From an uncultured Chthonomonadaceae bacterium (lineage in GTDB: Bacteria; Armatimonadota; Chthonomonadetes; Chthonomonadales; Chthonomonadaceae): DNA of 64,000 nucleotides. Positions 38,605 through 47,912 of the stretch are shown in pieces (the first letter of the stretch is position 1; every line of letters begins with the position of its first letter). A program made the translations under genes and the position numbers. The notes under the pieces are model-generated. The model saw nothing but the letters and a program-made list of their open reading frames with translations, did no database searches and had not been told where the DNA came from. The stretch spans positions 160,001 through 224,000 of the forward strand of contig CAWFQB010000003.1 in NCBI GenBank assembly GCA_963817895.1. Reading direction: 5' to 3'.

Positions 38605-40285
38605 TCTTCCCACTGGAATAGACCAGGCCTCTACTGATCGGGCGGAAATCAATGCGATAGGGGAGCATCATGGCGGCGAGGACGAAACCGTCGAGATCGT
38701 TGCTATCCGCTCTGACATTGAGCATACCCGGCACGATATTGAGGAGACGCTGGAAGCGATTAAGGAAAAACTGAACCCGCAGGTGGTGCTGGAACAGGCG
38801 AAAGAACATGCCCGCGATGTGGCTGTAGATGCGCTTGACGCGGCGCGCGACAACGTAAAGGAGAGCATCAGCGCCACTGTGGAGAATGTGAAAGACACGG
38901 TTGGCGATGCGATGCACAATGCGGCGGATAGTGTTAGCAACGCGGTTCAGAACGTTTCCGATACGGTCAGCAATGCGGTGCAATCCGCCAAAGACAAAGT
39001 GGGCGATATGTTCGGGGGCAAGGACAAGGGCGAACACACGGTGGATACAGCCATTGATGCCATGCGGGGCGCTTCACCTCCCAAACCTGCCGTTACCGTC
39101 AACAAGAGAATAGGAGGCGTTATGTCAGGAATGAGTGGCGCAGGCACAAACGCGCTGGATACGGTCAAGCGCAATCCCGTGCCGACCGCGCTGATTGCCG
39201 TTGGCGCGACATATCTGTATCTGAAACACCGCGACGATAACAAGGTTCCGAGCTACACAACGCGAGATTACGACTACACGGACTACGAGCCGGTATTTCC
39301 CACCTCGCAGCCGATTGACAGCCTGACGGGCGATGAAGAGATAATCATCATCGAAACCGTATCGGATGTGGACGGACGGGGAAGCCTAACGAGCGGCAGT
39401 GGCAGTTCCGGCGCGTCTGTCGGCTCCTCGCTGCTCAACACCGTCAGCCAGAATCCGCTTCCGATTGCCGCCGCCGTGTTGGGCGCGACATGGCTGATAA
39501 TGCGCAGCCGCGATAATGGGGGAGACGCTTCCTATCGCCGCGACAATTACGCGGATTACCTCCCGCCAGATACGTCCGGGCCGAATATCGGCAGCAGGAT
39601 CGGCGACGCGGTGGACGCTGTAAAGGGCAAAGCCGGAGATGTTAGTGATACGGTCAGCGGCGCGGTTGGCAGCGCGAAAGATAAAGTATCCGATGCCGTC
39701 AGCGGCGCGAAGGATAAGGTCACGGATGTAGTGGGCAGCGCGAAAGACAAAGTGACAGACGCCGTTGGAACCGCTAAAGACAAAGTGACCGATGTGGTCG
39801 GGAGTACAAAAGATAAAGTTGGCGATGTCGTGGACAGCGCCAAAGATAAGGTGAGCAGCGCAATGGATACAGCCAAAGACAAAGCGGGTCAGGCGAGCAG
39901 CGCGGTCAGCAGCGCGATGAGCGCGGCGAAAGACAAAGCGACGCAGGTGACGGGGCAGGCGCGGGACAAAGCCAGCCAGCTGGGATCGTCCGCGATGGAG
40001 CAAACACGGAAAGCGCAGGGCGCGGTTTCGGACACGTTTCATGACAACCCGATGGCCTACGGATTGGTGGCATTGGGCATCGGCGCGGCAGTGGGCCTGC
40101 TGATTCCGGCAACCGAGCCTGAAAACCGCTTCATGGGCCAGAAGCGCGACGAGTTGTTCAACCGGGCGCAGACTGCCGCTTCCGATATCGCGACGAAAGT
40201 GCAGACGGTTGCCGAAAACACCCTTGATGTGGCGAAAACCACCGCCGCGTATGAAGCCAAACATGCGGGTCTGACAACCGAGTAA
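38597..40285 (+). CDS. DUF3618-domain protein with LEA-like 11-mer repeats
   Basis: IRSDIEHTRHDIEETLEAIKEKLNP; three NP-hydrophobic segments; tandem xxAKDKVxDxV repeats; LIPATEPENRFMG. Confidence 0.8.
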   Translation: MADLPTGIDQASTDRAEINAIGEHHGGEDETVEIVAIRSDIEHTRHDIEETLEAIKEKLNPQVVLEQAKEHARDVAVDALDAARDNVKESISATVENVKDTVGDAMHNAADSVSNAVQNVSDTVSNAVQSAKDKVGDMFGGKDKGEHTVDTAIDAMRGASPPKPAVTVNKRIGGVMSGMSGAGTNALDTVKRNPVPTALIAVGATYLYLKHRDDNKVPSYTTRDYDYTDYEPVFPTSQPIDSLTGDEEIIIIETVSDVDGRGSLTSGSGSSGASVGSSLLNTVSQNPLPIAAAVLGATWLIMRSRDNGGDASYRRDNYADYLPPDTSGPNIGSRIGDAVDAVKGKAGDVSDTVSGAVGSAKDKVSDAVSGAKDKVTDVVGSAKDKVTDAVGTAKDKVTDVVGSTKDKVGDVVDSAKDKVSSAMDTAKDKAGQASSAVSSAMSAAKDKATQVTGQARDKASQLGSSAMEQTRKAQGAVSDTFHDNPMAYGLVALGIGAAVGLLIPATEPENRFMGQKRDELFNRAQTAASDIATKVQTVAENTLDVAKTTAAYEAKHAGLTTE

Positions 40286-40369
40286 CCCTCAATGTATGGC
40301 GTCCACTGATACAAATACCCCTTCTTCCAATATCTGGGCAAGGGGTATTTTGTTTTTATACAGTCGGCT

Positions 40370-40594
40370 TTATGCTGCTAAAACCGGGTAGTCAACTTCT
40401 CGCGCCGCGTACTCCAAAGCCGCTTGCAAATCTTCCTTCTCCAAATCCGGCATTTCTTCTAAAATTTGTTCGGCGCTCAAGTTTGATGCAAACAAGTTTA
40501 GAACATCTACAACACGGATTCTCATTCCCCGGATACAGGGGCGGCCTCCACATTGTTTTGGATTTATAGTAATTCGGTTGCGCCATGTCTGCAT
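40370..40594 (-). CDS. DUF433-family protein (putative antitoxin)
   Basis: RITINPKQCGGRPCIRGMRIRV...ILEEMPDLEKEDLQAALEYA. Confidence 0.85.
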   Translation of the reverse strand: MQTWRNRITINPKQCGGRPCIRGMRIRVVDVLNLFASNLSAEQILEEMPDLEKEDLQAALEYAAREVDYPVLAA

Positions 40595-40673
40595 CTGGCT
40601 GACTCCTGCTTCCAAGTGTGAAACGTTTTTGATATTTAGCGTACCCAAAATTTCGTAAATCACGCTTACAAGA

Positions 40674-42451
40674 TTAGCGCGGAACGATGACGCTGGCGGT
40701 AATGCTTTTGCCGTCAGGTTCATTTTCAAGGGTGAAGGTTCCGTACAGGTCGCCGCGCACGAGGGTTTCCACAATGGATAAGCCCAGGCTGTCACTGCTT
40801 TTGGGCGTGAAATTGGGGGGCAGGGGTTCGCCGTCGTTGGTGACGAAAACGCGCAGTTCGGTCGGGGTTTCGCCGAGAAAGATGTGGATGCGCCCGTCGT
40901 TGAGCGTTTTGAAGCCGTGTTCAACGGCGTTTTGCACCAGTTCATTGAGGACAAGCGCCATACTTGTGGCTTTGGCGAGCGGCAGAATAAAGTCGTCGCC
41001 CTCCACTGTGGTATAAATGGTTTTACCGGGCGGCACGACGGATTGCTGCGTGGCGTGAACGATGCTTTCCGCCACTTTTTTGATGCTCACCGTATCCAGA
41101 TCGTCGCGGGTCAGCAGTTCATGGACGCTGGAAATCGCCAGAATACGGTTCAGGGTGTCATTCAGCGCGTCTTCTACGGTGGTGTATTTGGAGTAGCGCA
41201 TTTCCAATCGCACCAGGCTGACGATCTGCTGCAAATTGTTCTTCACGCGGTGGTGCATCTCCGGAAATCACGGCGGATTTCACCATCAGCTTGGCGTGGT
41301 CCACGGCAAGCGCGGCCTGCGTCGCGAGCGCCTGCAAAATGGCAAGCTCTTCCATCGTGAACGTATGAATTTTTTCCGTGTAGCAGTTGAGCGCGCCAAT
41401 GGCCTGGCCCTTCATCATCAGGGGAATACTGGCAAGCGAATGGACGCCCGCCCGCTGCGCGATGTCGGGGAAATTGTAGTCCGGGGCTTTCTGCACGTCG
41501 GGCAGGGTAATAATGCGCTTTTCCGCCACCGCGCTACCCGCAACGCTTTCGCCCACTTTGAGATTGGGCTTTTTCGCGTATTCGTTGCTGGCGGCCTGCG
41601 TCGCCTTGATAATCAGTTCTTTCGATGTTTTCATCCACCAGCATCACGGTACAGATTTTGTACTGCATCGTGCGGGCGATCATCTGCACGAAAAGCGACA
41701 GCAGTTCCTCCAGATACATGTTGGAGGTAATCGCCTGACTGACTTCCGAAAGCGAATGAAGCTGCGTGGCGTGGCGTTCCAATTGCCGGAATCGGCGCGA
41801 TTTTTCGATTGCGCCCGCCACCTGATTGGCGATTCCCGACAGCAGCCGAACCTGATTTTGCGTGTATTCGCGGGGACGGCGCGTTCGCACATTGATAACG
41901 CCCAGAATCTCGCCCCGCGTGACAAGCGGAACCGACAGCATGGACTCGTATTCGCCCTCGTGCATTTCGGGGAAAGATTTGAAGCGGTGATCTTTATACG
42001 CTTTCTGGCTGACCAGAACCGGCTTGCGCTCGCGGGCCACCCAGCCCGTAATGCCTTCGCCCATCTTCAGGCGTATTTTGCCGACCATGTGCGCGAAGCT
42101 GGCATCCGCCGCCCGCAGCACCAGTTCATGCCGCGCTTTGTCAATCAGATACACCTGACAGGAATCGGTTTCCGTGATGCGAATGGCGATGTCGGCGGTG
42201 ACTTTGAGCATCTCCTCGGTATCGAAGGCCGATCCGGTCGCTTCCCCGACGCGCCGCAGTGCTTCGGATTCGCCGCGCTTTTCTTCCAGCTCGGCGCGTA
42301 ACTGCTGCTCGGTCAGCGTCAATTCGCGTATCAGGCGGTCACGGGCATCAAGTTCCTGTTGCAGCCGCGCCGCGTCCGGGTTGTCGCTGCGGCGCATTTC
42401 GGCAATCATTCGGCGGGCGCGCCAGGGGGCGCGAAGAGGGGGAGGTTTCAT
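40674..42451 (-). CDS. Cytoplasmic GAF-GAF sensor histidine kinase of the EutW/PdtaS type (frameshifted)
   Basis: Two GAF domains (GEGITGWVA; GESVAGSAV), H-box EMHHRVKNNLQ, LVLNELVQNAVEHG and SLGLSIV. Confidence 0.85.
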
Positions 42452-42574
42452 GGTGAGTAGATAGGTAGATAGGTAGATAGGTAGATAAGTAGATAGATAG
42501 GTAGATTACTCTGCTTGCCGGTCATTCATTGCATGAGGAATCCTACCTATCTACTTATCTACCTATCTACTTCC

Positions 42575-43156
42575 TCAAACATTGTGCGCAATGATAATGG
42601 CTTCGGCGATTTCGCGCATGGATTTGCGCGTGTTCATGCTTTGCACCTGAATGCGGCGGAAGGCTTCCTGCTCTTTGAGGCCGTATTGATCCATGAGAAT
42701 GCCCTTGGCGCGGTCTACGGATTTGCGGGTTTCCAGTTTGTCTTCCAGATCGGCGGCCTGCTCCTCGATGCGCTGAAACGCGCCCCATCGGGCAACGGCC
42801 ACTTCGATTTGCGGCATCAGGTCGGCCTCTTTGAACGGCTTGACCAGATAGGAAAAGACGCCCGCTTCTTTGGCGCGGTTGACCAGATCAAGCTGGCTGT
42901 ACGCCGTCAGCAGCAGAACGGGCGCGATTTTCTCTTCCGTGATGATTTTGGCGGCGTCAATCCCGTCCATTTCCGGCATTTTGATGTCCAGAATAATCAC
43001 GTCCGGCTTGAGGGTGCGGGCGGCTTCCAGAGCGCGCGCGCCGTCGCCGGCCTCGCCAACCACGTCGTACCCGCAGTCTTCCAGCATTTTTTTCAAATCC
43101 AGGCGTATAATAGGTTCGTCATCTGCAATTACAATGCGTAACCGTGTCTCGTTCAC
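42575..43156 (-). CDS. ANTAR-domain response regulator (EutV/PdtaR-like)
   Basis: REC domain ADDEPIIRLDL..ILDIKMP..YLVKPF and ANTAR RKSVDRAKGILM...EQEAFRRIQVQSMNTRKSMREIAE. Confidence 0.92.
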   Translation of the reverse strand: MNETRLRIVIADDEPIIRLDLKKMLEDCGYDVVGEAGDGARALEAARTLKPDVIILDIKMPEMDGIDAAKIITEEKIAPVLLLTAYSQLDLVNRAKEAGVFSYLVKPFKEADLMPQIEVAVARWGAFQRIEEQAADLEDKLETRKSVDRAKGILMDQYGLKEQEAFRRIQVQSMNTRKSMREIAEAIIIAHNV

Positions 43157-43753
43157 GATGATTCTCCGGGTGAGGTCGGTGTTCAGGGTTTCAGTGTTCG
43201 GGTGTTGCGTATCTTATGTATAAGCGTTGACGGCGGGAACGTGAACATCGGAAAAGGTTCAAACCTGCCTCCGCAGCCGGAACGCCAATGCTTAGAGCAT
43301 TATGAAGGAATGTGACAACAGGGAGGGGCGGGGGCGCAGAGGACAGCAATGTCCCTGTCATCTACCATCGCGCATTTGCCGTAAACAGGCGGAACATGCG
43401 CAGATGTATGGCAGGAATTAGGCCGTCAAGAGAAAGAGCGGCTTCAGCATTGAAACCACGCGAATTGTGCGGAAAAAGGCTGCTATCCACGTTTAAACGC
43501 AGACAGGCAGATAAGAGTCAGTTCATAGTCGCAAAAACATCACTTGACGCTGACACGCAGTTATTATATAATATCCGAACCCGTTTTGTCAAAGTTCTGA
43601 CGCAGTTTTGTTGCCACTACACGCGAAAAACTCACAAGATCGCATAAATATCAGGTAATAGCCACTATCTGATTCAGTTGCGCTACGTTAAAGACTGAAC
43701 GCCCCACCAATACGAAAACAGAATTCAATCAATTCTTGGATGAATCAAAGCCG

Positions 43754-44803
43754 ATGGACAATTTACCTGCCGAGTCAAGCGACATCACGCCGAAAGCGTC
43801 TCATGCGGTTTCCCCCGAAGAGGCCGCAGCGCTGTATGCGCCCACCGCTCCCGAAAATAAAATAAACGAGGATCAAAATGCGGGTGGGGGCGAGGAATGG
43901 ATCGCGCCGAATCGCCTGCTGTCCAAACCCGGCATGGAGGGCTGGTACGCTATTGCCACCGCGCTGCTGTATCTGGTGTTTTTTCGAGTGTCTACTCTCC
44001 TGCCGTTTACCGTCACCTCTACAATTTTCGTGACGCTTGCGGCAATGGTGCTGATGCTCGTGTTTACGGTTCGCGTCGCCCGCGCTCTGATTGCCCCTCG
44101 CGTTCTGGAATGGAACTTTGCGCTGGCGGGCGTGTTCGCGTTCCCGCTGATTGGCGTTCCCATTCTGTTCATGCTGATACCGTTTTGGAGTGGCTGGCCG
44201 CTAGTGGGGCCAATGTACAAGCAGTATGTGAGTTTGCTGGCGCACGTAATGGGCTTGAAAGAATTACTGGTGATGTGGCTTGCGGCCTGCGTGGGCGTAG
44301 GCATTTCGCGTATCGTGAAAGAGATGAAATTGCTGTTGCCCGCCGGCGTGGTATTGGGTCTGGTGGATATGTTGGCGGTGTTCAGCAATGTGGGCGTGGT
44401 CAATCAGGCAATGACCGGCAAATCGCAATTAGCGCAGGTTGCCATGACTGCGCTGACCGTGAAAATGCCGGCTACTCATGCCACAAGCGGTTCGCCGCCC
44501 CTGCAACTGCAAATCGGCTTTGCGGACTTCCTGTTTATCGCGCTGTTCTTCGCCTGCTTCAAGCGGTTCCGCGTACCGGCCTGGAACACGTTCGTCGTTC
44601 TGTGCGCCGTGTTGTCGCTGTACATGCTGATTGTGGCGTTCACGGCGACCGCGCTGCCCGCCCTCGTTCCCATCGGAGTTGTCGTCATCGGCATGAACCT
44701 GCGCCAGTTCCGCTACGACCGCAGCGAAGCGTTCGCCCTGCTCTACGCCGCCCTGATTGTGGGCGCAGCGGTCGGCGCGTTCTGGCTCATCAAGCATAAG
44801 TAG
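43754..44803 (+). CDS. Multi-pass membrane hypothetical protein (possible GxGD-type aspartyl peptidase relative)
   Basis: About 9 hydrophobic segments; VD, IGFADF and PALVP motifs resemble signal-peptide-peptidase YD/GxGD/PAL motifs (weak). Confidence 0.5.
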   Translation: MDNLPAESSDITPKASHAVSPEEAAALYAPTAPENKINEDQNAGGGEEWIAPNRLLSKPGMEGWYAIATALLYLVFFRVSTLLPFTVTSTIFVTLAAMVLMLVFTVRVARALIAPRVLEWNFALAGVFAFPLIGVPILFMLIPFWSGWPLVGPMYKQYVSLLAHVMGLKELLVMWLAACVGVGISRIVKEMKLLLPAGVVLGLVDMLAVFSNVGVVNQAMTGKSQLAQVAMTALTVKMPATHATSGSPPLQLQIGFADFLFIALFFACFKRFRVPAWNTFVVLCAVLSLYMLIVAFTATALPALVPIGVVVIGMNLRQFRYDRSEAFALLYAALIVGAAVGAFWLIKHK

Positions 44804-44833
44804 ACAGGGAATAACATGGTGAAGTGAACGGCT

Positions 44834-45752
44834 TCACGCGGCAGGCGTTTCTCCCACGCTGTCCAACCGCTTTTTGGCTTCGGCATAAACATCCGGGGAT
44901 AACGGCCCACGCGCGGCAATGGCAATGTTCTCCTGCAAGTGTTCGGGGATCAGCGTGCCGACAATCGTGGTGTGGATGTCGGGGTGCGACGAGCAGGAAG
45001 CGCAGCAGGAAACCGCTGCGGCTTTCGCCCTCTTCGCGCAGTTCGTCCATTTTGGCGTCCTCGAACTTCTTCCAGCGGTCCTGATTGCCCAGGCCCGACG
45101 CCGGGTTCGCCCCGCGCCACGCCGCCCCGGTCAATGATGCCCGCGCCCGCCTGCGCCGCGTGGGTGATCACGTTTTCGTGCTGCCGCTCCAGGCCGGAAT
45201 AGGGAATCTGGAACACGTCGAATACGCCCTGCTCGATGTAGGTCGTGATGTGCGGCAGGGTGGAGGAGCAGCCGATCCAGCGCACTTTGCCCTGCTGCTT
45301 CATCTCCTGCAAAACCGCGACGAGATCGCCCTGCTCCACCTGCTCCACGCTCGGATTGTGCAGTTGCATCACGTCCACATAGTCCGTTTTCATCCGTTCC
45401 AGGCTCTCGTGCAGGCCGCGAAACAGGTTTTCGCGCGTCCAGACGTGGGGCGTCTCGTCCGTGTTCTCGTCCTTGTGAACGACCGTACAGCCGCATTTGC
45501 GTGGCGAGGTAAAACTCGCTGCGCCGCTTGCTGATGATATTTGCCGATAAACTCCTCGCTGCGCCCGTAGTCGTTGGCCGTATCAATGAAGTTGATGCCC
45601 GCGTCCAGCACGGCGTTCAGAATCGTATCAGCCTGCTCTTCCGTGACCGGGCGCCCGCCCCAGATGCGCGAGCCGCGCACTTCCATCGCGCCATAGCCCA
45701 GCGCAGTCACTTCCAGCCCCGTGCGTCCCAATGTTCGTTTTTCCAGTGCCAT
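44834..45752 (-). CDS. Aldo/keto reductase (frameshifted)
   Basis: RTLGRTGLEVTALGYGA, GINFIDTANDYG.SE, KTDYVDVMQLH and GKVRWIGCS. Confidence 0.85.
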
Positions 45753-45863
45753 TGTTTGAAACTCCTTTGTTGTGTTGAAAAGCCCTCATCCCGGCCCTAT
45801 CTCCCCAGTTATGGCAGAAGGGCGGAGTATCGTTGCTTTATGGTTCAATCTATTCGGCAGTCG

Positions 45864-46743
45864 TCAGGATGCGACGGATAGATCGGAGGGCGTCCAGAGC
45901 GCGCGCACATCTTCGCCGCGCGTCGTTCGCGCCTGTAAGTCGTGCAGGAACTCCACAAACCCGTATTTCGGCTCCCAGCCCGTCAGCGTCTTTCGCTTCC
46001 GAAAGGTCGTGCTGCTCCACGCTTTCGGGCAGGGAAATGTCGTACTGCTGTCAGCAACTGCGCCGCGCCGGGAACCTGCGTTTCGCACCAGTCCGGGCCA
46101 TGCCGCCGGAAATCGGCGCGGACCGCTTCGGGCACCCGTGATTGGTATGCACGATGGTGCGAAACAGTCCGATACCGCTTTTCCACCGCCGCCTGCAGAG
46201 CGGCAACCGTCGCGTCCGCCACATCGCGCCGATCCACGCCGTTGCGCAGCAGTTTCGCGCCGAACGCCAGATAGGGTTTGGGAACGAAGTCGTGATAGCG
46301 CAGCATGGCGACGGACGCTCCGGTCATTTCGTGGTACATGCGGCACAGGTCTTCCCCGATCACTTTGGTGACGCCGTACACGCCGCCCCAGCCGATACGC
46401 CATCGACGAGGCATACACGACCGCCTGAATTTTCTGCTCCCGGCAGGCTTCAAACAGGTTGAACGTGCCGTCCACATTCACGGCGAAAATCGTCGCGTCG
46501 CTGACGGGCGGCATGATGGGCGCAGTGCCAGGCCGCCAGATGAATCACGGCATCCATGCCCTGCACCGCCTGCCGCGCATCGTCCGGCGTGCGCGTGTCA
46601 CAGCGGACAAACTCGCCCAACCCGCGATACTCTGCCGGTGGCGGCATCACATCCGCCATGCGAATCTCCGCGCCCGTTGCCGCCAATGCGCGGCAGGTCG
46701 CCTGCCCCGCATTGCCTGCCGCGCCCGTTACCAGCACTTTCAT
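45864..46743 (-). CDS. NAD-dependent epimerase/dehydratase (frameshifted)
   Basis: MKVLVTGAAGNAG, DAVIHLAA, NVDGTFNLFEA and YGVTK. Confidence 0.8.
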
Positions 46744-46889
46744 AATTGTTTTGTCCTTTGTTCTGCCGTTCCGAAGAAGCTCTGAATGTCATGCACGGGC
46801 ATTGACAATAAGGCAAGCAAGTGACTTCCCTCGCTTAAGAACATTGTTCATCTCCAGGCTCTTTAGGAGAGGGATTGGGGTGAGGCTGT

Positions 46890-47724
46890 CTACTTCGCCT
46901 CTTCCGGGCTGTGTTCGCGCAGCCAGACGCGCAGCGGAACGTCTTCATCGGTGGGCGAGTAAAAGCCGTTGGCGTTGACGCCCCAGCCGAGCATCTGCCG
47001 CCGTATCGGGTCGCTTTGCTCCCACAGGCTTTGCACGGTCATGTCGTCTTTGGTGCGAATCCAGCGATAGCCGTAGCCATAAAACAGCACTTTGCGCGTG
47101 ACATCCGACCAGTTGGGACTGGCCGAATGCCACAGACGGCGGTCGAAGAACACCGCTGTTCCCGGTTTGGCGAGAACCGGAACCGCGCCCTTCGGCTGCC
47201 CGATGCCGTCGGGTGAGCGCGTTTGCGTGTCGTCCAGATGGCTGCCCGGAACGACCCAGAAGTTGCCGCGCCCCGGTTCGCTCGTGTCGGAAAGGAAGAA
47301 CGCCACTTTCAGCGACAGGCGCGGGCGCGGATGGCTTTCGATCTCCTGATTGACGCGCCCGCTGTCCTGATGCCAGCCGAACGTTTTGTCGTCCCGTTCC
47401 TGCCCGGAAGGCGGCGTGACGATGAGGTGCGCGTGGTACAGATAGATGTTCCAGCCGAGCAGTCCCCACACTTTGGGCAGCGTTTTGGGATAATCCACCA
47501 GATCGGCAAACAGCGGGATCGTCGGGAATGAAGTTGGGGTAAAACAGCGATTTGCGCGGGTCGTGTCCCTGTTCCAGTTTCTGCGCGAAAATGCGGTCGG
47601 AGGCGTTTGTCAGAGCGGCGACTTGCGCGGGCGACAGGGCGTTTTCCACCATCAGCAGGCCGGTTTCATTGAAGGCGCGTTTCTCCTCGTCGGTGAGGCG
47701 ATATTGCAGGCAATCTGGCTGCAC
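46890..47724 (-). CDS. Phytanoyl-CoA dioxygenase (PhyH) family protein (one frameshift)
   Basis: GTG start after AAGGAG; WHQDSG, VVPGSH and GTAVFFDRRLWHSA.PN. Confidence 0.85.
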
Positions 47725-47912
47725 GGCGTTCTCCTTTACGTGGCGGAACCACACGGCTCTCGATATTCCTGTGGATGGAGTTCACCTTTACGCTTTGGTT
47801 TTCCTGCTAACTCTTATCCGCATCACGCGCCATTACGTCAACACATCGCCAATGGAGAAGCGCATGAGGCAACTTTTTTGCCACATTTTTGTCTTTTGAG
47901 CGTCAAAGCGAT

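Noticed and set aside
43280..43460. 6S RNA
   Set aside because: The outer pairing is weak and very asymmetric, so it cannot be supported without a covariance search.
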